This document shows positions 1-9,089 of a DNA stretch of 64,000 nt, piece after piece. The translations under genes and the position numbers were made by a program. The DNA comes from an uncultured Gammaproteobacteria bacterium. Lineage in GTDB: Bacteria; Patescibacteriota; Patescibacteriia; Magasanikbacterales; UBA922. The stretch spans positions 14,230-78,229 of the forward strand of contig CAYQNA010000004.1 in the NCBI GenBank assembly GCA_964418775.1, given 5' to 3'. Each line of letters opens with the position of its first letter. The first letter of the stretch is position 1. The notes below the pieces were generated by a model that was not told where the DNA came from, made no database searches, and saw only the letters and a program-made list of their open reading frames with translations.

Positions 1-1576
1 AACGAACATTTCCCGCAAAATACGGCACACCATCAATCATACCCCTTACCCCTTTGCCTTTGCTGTTTTCAAAATCAACCACTGTTTTAATTACGATCCC
101 CTTTTCCTTGGCATAATTAACCACCGCTTGAGCAATTGGGTGTTCTGACTTATTTTCTAATGCCGCCAAGATGCCAACCACCTCGGTCTCGGTAAAGCCA
201 GAGGCCGCCTGTACTGAAGCCAATTCAGGCTTACCTTTGGTAATTGTACCAGTTTTATCAAGAATAATCGTCTGTACAGTCCGCAGCTTTTGCAAAGTAG
301 CCGCGTCTTTAATTAAAATCCCTAGACCAGCCCCCTTGCCTACCCCCACAATAATCGCGGTCGGGGTCGCCAAGCCCAACGCACACGGACACGCAATTAC
401 CAACACACCCACAAACGAAACTAGCCCATATGAAATCGCCTGGGTGATCCCCAAAAACTGAGCCCCAATTGTAAGCCACACCACCAACGCAAGCGTCGCA
501 ATCACAAGCACAATCGGTACAAACACTGCCGATATTTTGTCGGCTAAAGCTTGAATCGGAGCTTTACTCCCTTGGGCCTCGCCCACCATTTTTATAATGT
601 GTGCCAACATTGTTTCGGAGCCAATTTTAGTAGCGGTAAAAGTAAAGGAACCACTGGTGTTTAAAGTGCCAGCCACTACGGCTACACCAGCTTCTTTTAG
701 GACTGGGACCGGTTCGCCCGAAATCATCGACTCATCAACATACGACGACCCTGTCGCCACCACGCCATCAACCGGAATTTTTGAACCTGGCTTCACCACA
801 ATTACATCGCCTTTAACTACCTCTTCGATTGGCAACTCAATCTCGTGACCTGCGCGCCAAACCAGTGCGGTTTTGGCCTGCAAATTCAAGAGTTTTTTAA
901 TTGCGTCACCAGTTCTTAGTTTTGATTTAGCCTCCAAGTATTTTCCAAAGGTAATAAAGGCGATCACCACGATAGTTACATCGTAGTATGTATACTCGAC
1001 ATTCAAAAAAGGCCGCAACACATTTTCGAACGCACCAAGCACAAAGCTGTACAAAAAGGCGGCCAAGGTACCAATCCCAATCAACGTATCCATGTTAGCT
1101 TTGCCATACCGAAAAAAACGGTAAACTCCTAAAATATAAGGCATACCGGCGACGCACATTGTATATGTCGCAATGATGGGCAGCAAATGATGGAAGAAAA
1201 CCTTAAGCACCGAGGGCATTACGGCCACCACCCCAAACTCAGCCAGTGTGTCCCAACCCATAATCAAAGCACTCAGGACAGCCAAAGGGAAAATACTAAG
1301 GGTTTTAAAGCGCAAATCCGACACCACGGCGGCCTTTTCGTCAGTCCCTTGCTTGATATTTTGCTCAATTTCCAAAGAATATCCTAACGGACGAATAGTT
1401 TCGGATAAAGTAGCTGCTTCCACCACACCATTATCAAAGCTTATCGACGCCGTTTCTGTGCCGTAATTTACACTTACCATCTCAACCCCAGGCACCTTTT
1501 TTAAAGTGCGCGTGATTATGGCGGCACAACTAGCACAGTGCATTCCCTTAACTGGAAAACTTTGCGTTGTAGACAT
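1..1576 (-). CDS. copA: Heavy-metal (copper) translocating P1B-type ATPase, N-terminal ~525 aa; C-terminus lies beyond window start
   Basis: Minus-strand translation from ATG at 1576 gives MSTTQSFPVKGMHCASCAAI (HMA GMxCxxC). The CPC motif (revcomp of ~330-420) and DKTGTIT phosphorylation motif (revcomp of ~250-270) are present. The ORF is open to position 1 and is not in the ORF track because it runs off the edge. Confidence 0.85.
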   Translation of the reverse strand, partial: MSTTQSFPVKGMHCASCAAIITRTLKKVPGVEMVSVNYGTETASISFDNGVVEAATLSETIRPLGYSLEIEQNIKQGTDEKAAVVSDLRFKTLSIFPLAVLSALIMGWDTLAEFGVVAVMPSVLKVFFHHLLPIIATYTMCVAGMPYILGVYRFFRYGKANMDTLIGIGTLAAFLYSFVLGAFENVLRPFLNVEYTYYDVTIVVIAFITFGKYLEAKSKLRTGDAIKKLLNLQAKTALVWRAGHEIELPIEEVVKGDVIVVKPGSKIPVDGVVATGSSYVDESMISGEPVPVLKEAGVAVVAGTLNTSGSFTFTATKIGSETMLAHIIKMVGEAQGSKAPIQALADKISAVFVPIVLVIATLALVVWLTIGAQFLGITQAISYGLVSFVGVLVIACPCALGLATPTAIIVGVGKGAGLGILIKDAATLQKLRTVQTIILDKTGTITKGKPELASVQAASGFTETEVVGILAALENKSEHPIAQAVVNYAKEKGIVIKTVVDFENSKGKGVRGMIDGVPYFAGNVR

Positions 1577-1594
1577 ATTCCCAAGCGTTAATGA

Positions 1595-1870
1595 TTAACG
1601 TTTGCCTTTGTTAGACAAACGATACATTTTCATGACTTCATCGATTGCTTTTTTGTGCTGTCCAGATTTCATTTGTTCGACCACGTGCGTGGACAAATGG
1701 TTTTCTAATAATGTTTCTTCAAAACTCGTTAGCGCCTGTTTAATCGCCATTATCTGGATAATAATATCCACGCAATATTCGTGATTCTCGGTCATTTTTT
1801 GCACACCCCGGATTTGGCCCTCGATAATTTTTAAACGCCGGGCTAATTTTTTGTGAACATCATGATTCAT
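1595..1870 (-). CDS. csoR: CsoR/RcnR-family metal-sensing transcriptional repressor
   Basis: 91-aa helical protein with the conserved Cys/His pattern (…EYCVDII…H…) of the DUF156/CsoR family. It lies directly upstream of copA with a 19-nt gap, in the same operon. Confidence 0.7.
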   Translation of the reverse strand: MNHDVHKKLARRLKIIEGQIRGVQKMTENHEYCVDIIIQIMAIKQALTSFEETLLENHLSTHVVEQMKSGQHKKAIDEVMKMYRLSNKGKR

Positions 1871-1890
1871 ACAAAATAGGTTATAAACAA

Positions 1891-1918
1891 AATATACCCC
1901 CGGGGGGTATATTTGTCA
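1891..1918 (-). promoter_or_regulatory. CsoR-type operator: perfect GC-tract palindrome ATATACCCCCCGGGGGGTATAT (1893..1913) overlapping a TTGACA -35 box and -10 region upstream of csoR
   Basis: 21-bp perfect palindrome of the ATACCC-N-GGGTAT type known for CsoR operators, about 25 nt upstream of the csoR start. On the minus strand TTGACA directly precedes it. Confidence 0.5.
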
Positions 1919-1946
1919 AAGCAGTGGCTGTGGATAAAGGCGTGCT

Positions 1947-3122
1947 TTACTCTGGAAACTTTTGTGGTCTGACCAAATAAACTACCCAATAGGCTACAAT
2001 CCCACCCAAAAGCACTGCCGCTGCCAACCCATAGATCGGCACATACAACCCGATGACCTCCCACCCGCTAATCCAGCGCAAGGACACCGAGGCTTCGACA
2101 GTCTCAACATTTGCCAACAATTCTGAATCTTCTTTGTACCAATTATCTACTCGATCCTGGCTCGCTGACAAATTAGCGTCGTTCAACCGAAGGGCGGTTT
2201 CGTACCGAAAATTTTCTTGCGCCAACGCTTGCTTAGCTTGGTTTTGTTTATCTGTCACCAAGACGATTTGGTTAGACAGAATTTGCTGCTGTTCAGTGCT
2301 TGTGGTGGTAGTATACTGGTTACGCAAACCCTTGATTTGCCGGCTGAAACTATTGATTTGATTTTGCAAATTATTCACGAGCGACTGATGGTTTTTAACC
2401 AAGGCGTCGCGCTGCTGCTGCACGGTAAACAGAGTTTCTTCGGCTCGATTGGTCTGTTTTTCAATCACTTGTTTTTGTGATAAAAGATTTTCGGCGGAAA
2501 TATTTTCTTCAATAAATTTTGGTCGCACCAAGCCACGCATTTCTTCGGTAAATGCATCAAACTTATTTTTCGGAACTACAAACGAAATATAGGCTGACTC
2601 TTTATTCACTGAAATATCATCCACGCGCCCACCATACCCGCGCGCAATTGTTTGAATGCGTGTGGCCAAAGTTGAAACTTTGCGCGTGCGGATTGTTGCT
2701 TGATAATATGTTTTCAAAAATTCTCGAGTGTCGGAGATATTCTTTTCAAAACGATTAGCCGGCGGCGCCATCATCGCGACTGATTCTGTTACTGGATTCT
2801 GCGTTCGAGAATTATATAAGCTATCTTCTATTCCTACTGGCGCGGAGACGCTGTCATTCAGCAGAGCTAACGAGCCCGAACTAGTAGCCATGCGCATTCT
2901 GTCTATAGCAATATTTCCCATCACGGCAAAAACTCCTAAAACCGTGACGACTGACATTACATACTGTGCCCAATGAAAATGACGAGGTTTTTTATTTTGT
3001 CGTGATGGCTTAAGTGAAAATAGTGCGATGTTTTTCATTTCCAAATTGCGGGACGGAGTTTGTTGCTGCGATTTGCCCCACGCAGCCAAGCGGTCATTTG
3101 GATTGTGTGATTCGTGAGACAT
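1947..3122 (-). CDS. Membrane-anchored anti-sigma-factor-like protein (DUF4349-like, coiled-coil, N- and C-terminal TM segments)
   Basis: Its start overlaps the stop of the upstream ECF sigma gene (translational coupling). It has an N-terminal cytoplasmic segment, a TM helix, a Q/N-rich coiled coil and a C-terminal TM helix. Confidence 0.5.
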   Translation of the reverse strand: MSHESHNPNDRLAAWGKSQQQTPSRNLEMKNIALFSLKPSRQNKKPRHFHWAQYVMSVVTVLGVFAVMGNIAIDRMRMATSSGSLALLNDSVSAPVGIEDSLYNSRTQNPVTESVAMMAPPANRFEKNISDTREFLKTYYQATIRTRKVSTLATRIQTIARGYGGRVDDISVNKESAYISFVVPKNKFDAFTEEMRGLVRPKFIEENISAENLLSQKQVIEKQTNRAEETLFTVQQQRDALVKNHQSLVNNLQNQINSFSRQIKGLRNQYTTTTSTEQQQILSNQIVLVTDKQNQAKQALAQENFRYETALRLNDANLSASQDRVDNWYKEDSELLANVETVEASVSLRWISGWEVIGLYVPIYGLAAAVLLGGIVAYWVVYLVRPQKFPE

Positions 3123-3123
3123 A

Positions 3124-3681
3124 TTACGCAGTAATTAAGAGGGCGCGTGTTTTAGCCAGGGTGCGATGCACGCGCAAACGGGCGGCCAATGGTGAAATGG
3201 AAAGCACGCTGGCAATTTCGTTAAATGATAAATCGACAATGTAACGCAGGCGCAAAATTTCTTGTTCAGTTTCGGACAAATTAACCATCATTTTTTCCAC
3301 CATTAATTTGTCGCTTAGTTCACCAGTAATATCAGTTTGGTCTGGAATATCATGTGTTTCGGTTTCAATTGACACCTCGCGGCCGCCCTTGCGCCAATGC
3401 TGTTTGCACTCATTACGCGCAATCGCAAATAGCCAAGCGCTAAAACGCACGCCGCGAAGTTGAAATTTGTCGAGTGAACCAATCGCCTTGAGCCACGTGT
3501 CCTGAGCCACATCCTCGGCCAGGCGCGCGTCGCGCAGCGTATTAACCAGGTAGCCATACAGCTTTGGGGTAATCGCGTCCCACAGCGCCCCCAAAGCCGC
3601 CTGCTCCCCAGCCTTGGCCCGGGTCACCAGGGCCAGTTCTTCGTCAAGCAACATAGATCGATTATTGTGCCATTCTATCAA
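3124..3681 (-). CDS. RNA polymerase ECF-type sigma-70 factor
   Basis: Region 2 (…DVAQDTWLKAI…) and region 4 HTH (…LRLRYIVDLSFNEIASVLSISPLAARLRVHRTLAKTR). Confidence 0.8.
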   Translation of the reverse strand: MIEWHNNRSMLLDEELALVTRAKAGEQAALGALWDAITPKLYGYLVNTLRDARLAEDVAQDTWLKAIGSLDKFQLRGVRFSAWLFAIARNECKQHWRKGGREVSIETETHDIPDQTDITGELSDKLMVEKMMVNLSETEQEILRLRYIVDLSFNEIASVLSISPLAARLRVHRTLAKTRALLITA

Positions 3682-3709
3682 GGATAATGCGGCTTGGACC
3701 CAAAATGTT

Positions 3710-4810
3710 TCAGTCTATTTCTAAAGCATCCAAAAAAGCGCGGTGCCACTCGTTGGCTGGGTCGTATTTGCCCATCAAAAAGCGGTCCTGTTCCTGTGGG
3801 TATTTTTTGATAACCTCAAGGATGTCGTAATATCCATTCAAATACATAACGTCTTTGGTCCAGCACAATCCCCGACTTTGGCCAGTGGTGCCGCGGAAAA
3901 TTTTCTCTACCCGTGTCCAGGCATCAGCAGCCGGGTTTTCGGCAGCACTGAGATATTCAGTAAAAAATTCAAACAATTCACGGAATGTGCGCGGCTTACC
4001 ATCCACACCTTTAACCAGCGCCACACCAAGATAATTCTGAATACTGGGCCAAAATGCTTGCGGATAGACTTGTGACTCTTCGTATTTCCCCAAACCCTCG
4101 TCCCCTTTTATATAGTGGTCAAGGCCGAGCGTGAGTAATTGCAAATTTGTGTTCTCCGCATTTTTGCGACGGATAATGTGCACACCGACTTCGTGACGCA
4201 CGAGCGCTTCCAAATGCGTACGACTAATGCGACGTGATTGTGGAATAAATAATGTTTTTGTTTCTTGATTAAGGTGAACAAATGCATTGGTGTTTTCCGT
4301 ATCGCGCACAATATTCCAACCCTCAATTTTGTAATCAACAAACGCGGCCCGAAAACGCGCTTCAATTTCATCAGCCTGGACATATCCCAATTCTACGGGC
4401 GGTAATTTTTTAAAGAATTCATTTTGATTAATTATTTCTGAGGAGTAATCCCCAAATTCTTGCACACTAATTTTGGCAAACATGGCGTCATCTCCCCTAC
4501 TCACTGCTTCGAGCAAATCAACGTGCGCCATTTTTTCGGCAAGAACACGCACATACGCTTCTCTCACCCACTCATTTTTCTCTTCGCGTTCAATTTCACT
4601 CAGCAAATTTTCCAACTGCGATTTTTTCTGCGCAAAATTAAAATCGCGCAATTTTGGATAGGTAAAATACGGATTTTCAATCTCGCCACGCAAAAATAAA
4701 TCGCGCTGCTGCGTACGTTCAGCCGGATCAAGCACTAACAAATCTACATACGAAATATGGGCAATCGCCGTAAACTTAGCAAACCAATGCGTATCCAAAT
4801 AAGACTTCAT
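3710..4810 (-). CDS. HExxH-containing protein resembling the DUF1704 / 'QEGLA-motif' family (putative zincin-like hydrolase)
   Basis: 366 aa with HEVGVH and a DEGLGKYEE motif. The family assignment is from memory of motif patterns only. Confidence 0.4.
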   Translation of the reverse strand: MKSYLDTHWFAKFTAIAHISYVDLLVLDPAERTQQRDLFLRGEIENPYFTYPKLRDFNFAQKKSQLENLLSEIEREEKNEWVREAYVRVLAEKMAHVDLLEAVSRGDDAMFAKISVQEFGDYSSEIINQNEFFKKLPPVELGYVQADEIEARFRAAFVDYKIEGWNIVRDTENTNAFVHLNQETKTLFIPQSRRISRTHLEALVRHEVGVHIIRRKNAENTNLQLLTLGLDHYIKGDEGLGKYEESQVYPQAFWPSIQNYLGVALVKGVDGKPRTFRELFEFFTEYLSAAENPAADAWTRVEKIFRGTTGQSRGLCWTKDVMYLNGYYDILEVIKKYPQEQDRFLMGKYDPANEWHRAFLDALEID

Positions 4811-5018
4811 ATGTCAAACAGTATATTTGATATCCATGCATAAGTCCACAAACAAAAAAGCACCACCGAAGTGATGCGTTTTTGTCTTCGAGTGATGGGT
4901 ACACTCGTGACACTTTCATGCTCTCCTTATTGGCAAGAAAGGGTAAAAGAACGGTGACACTCCCAACCCATCAACTGGCCCATACGGTTGCCAGTTGTGG
5001 AAGTGAAACTATGTGCGC

Positions 5019-5564
5019 TCAGTCGAGCCTTTTCCTTTTGACTATACGCTCGTACTCCTTCCTTAAAGCGCACCGCGCACGATTAAGACGAGATTTGACT
5101 GTACCGATGGGGACGCCAAGTCGCTTCGCAATATCTTGGTAATCCCTATCGGATAGAACGAGGATCGCTTGGCGCTGCGGAGGAAGTCTCTTTAGCGCTA
5201 CGGACACCCACTCTTCCATATCGCCGCAAAGACCTTTGTCTTCCAAGACACCCCCGGCACTCCTCACAACTAGCGCGGTGTCGACCACCTCGAACCGTAC
5301 CCGCCTGCTTTTAACGTAATTAAGACAGGCATTTCTAGTGATCGTGGCGATCCAAGTTGTCAATGAACCCCGAGATCCGTCGTAAGTCGACAACGCTCTG
5401 TACACCTTAAGGAATACAGTCTGCACCAGGTCTTCAGTGTCAGCGCCTATACGAAAACGCCGACAAATCGTAGTTACCAGACCGACATACCCCAGGTATA
5501 GCTTTTCAAAAGCCTTCTCGTTGCCGTCCACACAAAGCCGAACGAGCTCAGCTTCATCCAACAT
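5019..5564 (-). CDS. RNA polymerase ECF-type sigma factor (second copy)
   Basis: Sigma region 2/4 motifs (…LVQTVFLKVYRAL…; …LSDRDYQDIAKRLGVPIGTVKSRLNRAR…). The start is placed at the internal Met (MLDEAELVRL), which has an AGGGGG RBS 7 nt upstream. The longer ORF reaching 5705 adds a non-sigma N-terminus and overlaps the promoter. Confidence 0.75.
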   Translation of the reverse strand: MLDEAELVRLCVDGNEKAFEKLYLGYVGLVTTICRRFRIGADTEDLVQTVFLKVYRALSTYDGSRGSLTTWIATITRNACLNYVKSRRVRFEVVDTALVVRSAGGVLEDKGLCGDMEEWVSVALKRLPPQRQAILVLSDRDYQDIAKRLGVPIGTVKSRLNRARCALRKEYERIVKRKRLD

Positions 5565-5609
5565 CGCGCCCCCTGTTTGATTGTGAATACTATTCTTAAG
5601 AAACACAAA

Positions 5610-5636
5610 CTTATACCACACACACGTTTTTGTCAA
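5610..5636 (-). promoter_or_regulatory. Sigma-70-like promoter (TTGACA – 15/16 nt – TGgTATAAG) upstream of second ECF sigma gene
   Basis: Near-consensus -35/-10 with an extended -10 TG, about 40 nt upstream of the start at 5564 (read on the minus strand). Confidence 0.35.
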
Positions 5637-5695
5637 GGATAAGCTAAATAAAAAAGCAACACGGCTAGTGTGCCCATGTAGACGTATGCAACTGG

Positions 5696-6250
5696 TCAAT
5701 GGCAATAAAATTCAGTACGCTCGTGGTCCAAGTGCGCATTCCAAAACAAATTCGCCACCTCGCGCGACCTAATTGGCCCCTCCTCCCTAACTACCCCATC
5801 GATCACAATTGTTTTTATAGTAATACCCTCTTCTTGTAATCCCGCAGCCACAGCCTGGTACAAGGTATGTACTGCTCCCTTGGACACAGATAACGCCAAT
5901 TTATTCGAATCAGGATTATCCTTGTACCCACCACCCGTAATAATCGAAGCCCCTACTGTATTTTTAAGATATGGCGCTGTTGCCTTAACGCAATTTAAAG
6001 CACCACCAACATTAGTTGCCAAAGCATCGCAAAAATCAAAAGTATCCAAATTCACCCACGACCCACGTGGGCTTTTTTTAACATTAAAAATAACACACGC
6101 AAGCGTTGGTAATGCTGGCACGAGTGTGTCGACTGCTTTTTTGGTGGCTTGAAAATCACGCACATCAGCCACAGCGGTAACAATAGGTATATTTTCTAAA
6201 CGCAAACAATCAGCCAGTTGGTCAAGTTTATGTTTATTTTGCGAGATCAC
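5696..6250 (-). CDS. SDR-family oxidoreductase-like protein lacking the N-terminal Rossmann glycine motif; possibly a frameshifted remnant
   Basis: C-terminal two-thirds resembles short-chain dehydrogenases (…NVGGALNCVKA…SVSKGAV…IDGVV…). The catalytic Tyr position is Leu. A short upstream ORF in another frame (6254..6345) encodes MTTTKTNKSLLLIGPGEHFGL, a degenerate TGxxxGxG segment. Confidence 0.4.
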   Translation of the reverse strand: MISQNKHKLDQLADCLRLENIPIVTAVADVRDFQATKKAVDTLVPALPTLACVIFNVKKSPRGSWVNLDTFDFCDALATNVGGALNCVKATAPYLKNTVGASIITGGGYKDNPDSNKLALSVSKGAVHTLYQAVAAGLQEEGITIKTIVIDGVVREEGPIRSREVANLFWNAHLDHERTEFYCH

Positions 6251-6350
6251 TCCGATCGCATAGCCCTCGGTGGCAAATTTCTAATGGGGTGCAGCCCAAA
6301 ATGTTCGCCCGGCCCAATCAACAGTAGGGATTTATTGGTTTTCGTAGTGG

Positions 6351-7226
6351 TCATAATCTAAGCACACTGTCATCGTACCTCAAAATGTCACCAGAGATGT
6401 GCCCTAAACAATTTTTCACCGCAGTCTGATTACCACTCTTTGCAAAATCAAAAAGTGCAATAAAATTGGTCAAAAAACGATAGGTAGTTGCCCGTTTCCA
6501 AAACGTTGGGTCAGCATCAATATAATAATGTTGGAAAAGATGTTGTTTCTTTGCGTCAATCTCCTCGAGCAAATGATGAAATTCATACGCCGGATCAGTG
6601 ATGCAAAAATCACTCCAATCAATCACTGAAATTAAGCCGGCGTCGTAAAAAACATGGTCAAGCGAAATATCTGCGTGCACCAAGGCGAGTGGTACATTTT
6701 TGTATTCAGGATGATTTAAGTATGAATCAAACAAATTTTGTGCATACTCTAATTGTGCGGCGGTAAACAAATATTTATGTTCAATTACTTCTTGATACAG
6801 CGCGGCACATTTTTCATACCAATTAACCTGCGGCAGCATGCTGAATGTCGTCGCATCAACCTTGTGTAAATTTGATAAAAATCCCGTGAGTTTGATTAAA
6901 AAATCTTCTTGTTCGGCTTTTTTTAATTTATCATACAACACACCCCGAACAAATGGATATTCAGCAAAAAACACACCACCCTCTTCGTGTAATGTCGGCG
7001 CAGGAATACATGCACCCAAATTTTGTTCAGCTAATTTTGGCAGTACAATTGCTTCGGCTTCCATCACTGCACGCCCATCTGGTTTTTTGGGCACGCGAAA
7101 AATCTTCTCGCGCGCTGCGTCCGAATACACGGCATTATCATACCCCTCGCCCACCAACACCCAACCACGCTCGGCTGCAAAATTTTCAAGTACTGACTTT
7201 TCCATACAAAACTTACAACCCCACAC
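6351..7226 (-). CDS. Phosphotransferase-family (APH/choline-kinase-like) small-molecule kinase
   Basis: Brenner/catalytic motifs LVHADISLDHVFYD and VIDWSDFCITDPAYEF, typical of aminoglycoside-phosphotransferase-like kinases. Confidence 0.6.
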   Translation of the reverse strand: MWGCKFCMEKSVLENFAAERGWVLVGEGYDNAVYSDAAREKIFRVPKKPDGRAVMEAEAIVLPKLAEQNLGACIPAPTLHEEGGVFFAEYPFVRGVLYDKLKKAEQEDFLIKLTGFLSNLHKVDATTFSMLPQVNWYEKCAALYQEVIEHKYLFTAAQLEYAQNLFDSYLNHPEYKNVPLALVHADISLDHVFYDAGLISVIDWSDFCITDPAYEFHHLLEEIDAKKQHLFQHYYIDADPTFWKRATTYRFLTNFIALFDFAKSGNQTAVKNCLGHISGDILRYDDSVLRL

Positions 7227-7959
7227 CCGCCCCTTTCATCACTCGGTCAACATAAGAGAACAAATCAACTAATTGGTACGCCTCGTATTCGGCCGAGAAT
7301 AAAGCCCGCACTCGCGCACACTGCCGATTAACAGTCTTAACCACTTCTGGTTTTGTAATTCCCAAAGTTATAATTGTAGAAACCCCCTCGGCTCTATCCT
7401 TCTGCTCATCAGTAACATCGTCCAAGAGCTGAATAAGATAACCCAATTCACGGTAACACTCCTTTCTTTTTTCAGACAGAGCCGGGCTGACTTCCAAGGC
7501 AAACAAAAGCAATGTGCCACCACCTTTTCTTTTTTCAATGTCTTCGACTTCGGCCAAAGAAACTTCTGGATTCCGCTGGCGAATAGAATCCAATTGAGCT
7601 TGGGTCACTTCCTGCAACGCCGCAAACGCAGTGTCATTTAAATTATCCCGAACTATTTTAATTCCCGAGGCAACGACTGGCGGCAAATCTACGCCGTCAA
7701 TTTCACCAGCGACCGCTTTCTTAACATCCTCACCCATCTGTCTGGAATGACGGATATCGTATTTATCAAATTGCGCATCAAAAGCACTCATCGCACCCCC
7801 AATTGCGCCAGCTGCCATTTCTTGTTTTTTGTTTAAACCCACACCCTCCAGGCCAGCAATGAGCTTCATGAGCTCCACACCATATTCAATCCCCTTTTCC
7901 CGGCCACGTCCGAGTTCAGCAGATACTAAGCCAATTGATCCCTCGCCATGCATTCTCAT
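7213..7959 (-). CDS. Polyprenyl-synthetase-like (isoprenoid synthase fold) protein with a degenerate first Asp-rich motif
   Basis: The C-terminal half carries a SARM-like LGYLIQLLDDVTDEQKD and a following GK..TLP-like segment. The N-terminal FARM position reads FDAQFDKYD. It overlaps the downstream kinase gene by 14 nt. Confidence 0.35.
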   Translation of the reverse strand: MRMHGEGSIGLVSAELGRGREKGIEYGVELMKLIAGLEGVGLNKKQEMAAGAIGGAMSAFDAQFDKYDIRHSRQMGEDVKKAVAGEIDGVDLPPVVASGIKIVRDNLNDTAFAALQEVTQAQLDSIRQRNPEVSLAEVEDIEKRKGGGTLLLFALEVSPALSEKRKECYRELGYLIQLLDDVTDEQKDRAEGVSTIITLGITKPEVVKTVNRQCARVRALFSAEYEAYQLVDLFSYVDRVMKGAGVGL

Positions 7960-8021
7960 ATGAGTGTTATTATAGATGGATATTTACTCTAGGATACCAA
8001 ATAACGGCGGAAGTTCAAAAT

Positions 8022-8043
8022 AAAAAAACACCCGAATTGGGTG
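8022..8043 (-). terminator. Intrinsic terminator (CACCC-GAATT-GGGTG hairpin + U-run on minus strand) at the island boundary
   Basis: Hairpin followed by T7 on the minus strand, immediately outside the attR repeat. Confidence 0.4.
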
Positions 8044-8049
8044 CTTTAC

Positions 8050-8094
8050 TAGAGCCACAGACCAGGATTGAACTGGTGACCTCGTCCTTACCAT
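8050..8094 (-). repeat. 45-bp direct repeat of the 3' part of tRNA-Thr(GGU) (positions 32-73 + 3 nt), intron-less; putative attR of the integrated island
   Basis: ATGGTAAGGACGAGGTCACCAGTTCAATCCTGGTCTGTGGCTCTA on the minus strand. It is identical to exon 2 plus the last 5 nt of exon 1 of the tRNA at 14623..14893. No tRNA 5' half is attached. Confidence 0.7.
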
Positions 8095-8292
8095 CAAACA
8101 ACCATACCCTGTTTCTCTCTTTTATGGCTAAGATAAAAGGAAATTTTGGGCACTTTGGCTATTTGCTGACTAGAACCAGATGACCTGTTCCCTGCCGCTG
8201 CAAACTCTTTTTTAAACCCCGTTAAATTGGGGTTATCGCAGCAAGATTTGTCTTGAATTAACAGTTTAATCATACCACAAACATATTCAGGG

Positions 8293-9057
8293 TCAAGCAG
8301 GTATTGAATCAACAAGCTCTTTAATTGCAGCAGTCTTCCAAACAAACCCAATATCAGATTCTTTATTTATTCGTCCGCTGTATATCCCAACAAGTCGCAC
8401 AGATTCCTGACTAGTGTTTAAAACCACATTTCCGTCTTCATAGCGCACCATCCCTCCTCTGTAGTAGACAATTACAGGTGACCCAGATTGCCCTGGCCTT
8501 GTGCGAGAATCAATTAAAAATAAAGGCAAGTCACGGTAGTTAATCGGAGGCTCTGAAGCTACAAATCCTGTAACCCAGATTGCAAATAAGCCACCAGCGG
8601 CTTGAGCGAATGGAAAACCTATGATATTTAATCGGTCTGCTGGCCCATACGCAATTGCAGGCGAGGCCTCTTCCAAACTATACGGAATAATGCTCACCCC
8701 TTCTAAATCAGAGAGTGGTAGAGCAACAAAATCAGCTCGCGAGCCTAATACTGGGTGTTCAATCCACCGCGGCACCTCATTACTGTCGAATAAGGGCTCA
8801 ATTTTTTCAATCCAAGAGCCTACCCGCGCAGTATGGTTATGGTAAATCAGAAACTCATTAGGGATCGCACCTGTTGTAGATAGTAGCTCACCAGTATCTT
8901 GATGACGACCAGTTACATTATGGCGGTTAGTAATAAAGTAAGGCTTTTGCGCGGAAGAATAAACTAAAAAACCTGTACCAGAAGAAATCTCCTGCCCATT
9001 AAAGCGGGTCCTCAGGAAAAGTGACATTAATGAATACTGACTAATAACAGTGGACAT
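8293..9057 (-). CDS. Trypsin-like (chymotrypsin-fold) serine peptidase
   Basis: GTGFLV…H…D…GQSGSPV catalytic-triad context (GDSGGP-like serine motif). No obvious signal peptide. Confidence 0.6.
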   Translation of the reverse strand: MSTVISQYSLMSLFLRTRFNGQEISSGTGFLVYSSAQKPYFITNRHNVTGRHQDTGELLSTTGAIPNEFLIYHNHTARVGSWIEKIEPLFDSNEVPRWIEHPVLGSRADFVALPLSDLEGVSIIPYSLEEASPAIAYGPADRLNIIGFPFAQAAGGLFAIWVTGFVASEPPINYRDLPLFLIDSRTRPGQSGSPVIVYYRGGMVRYEDGNVVLNTSQESVRLVGIYSGRINKESDIGFVWKTAAIKELVDSIPA

Positions 9058-9089
9058 AGATTTTATGATTGCAGACTAAACCTAGTTTT

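Noticed and set aside
171-848. Plus-strand ORFs 171..461 and 597..848 at the window start
   Set aside because: They are antisense to the copA reading frame, whose minus-strand translation shows DKTGT, CPC and GMxCxxC motifs. Their translations have low complexity.
5565-5705. N-terminal 47-aa extension of the second ECF sigma ORF (start at 5705)
   Set aside because: The extension (MPLTSCIRLHGHTSRV…) is non-sigma-like and covers the promoter. An internal ATG at 5564 has an AGGGGG RBS and begins the conserved region.
7213-7959. Calling this ORF a functional polyprenyl diphosphate synthase
   Set aside because: The first Asp-rich motif (FARM) is not conserved (FDAQFDKYD). Only the second motif is clear, so only a fold-level, low-confidence call was made.
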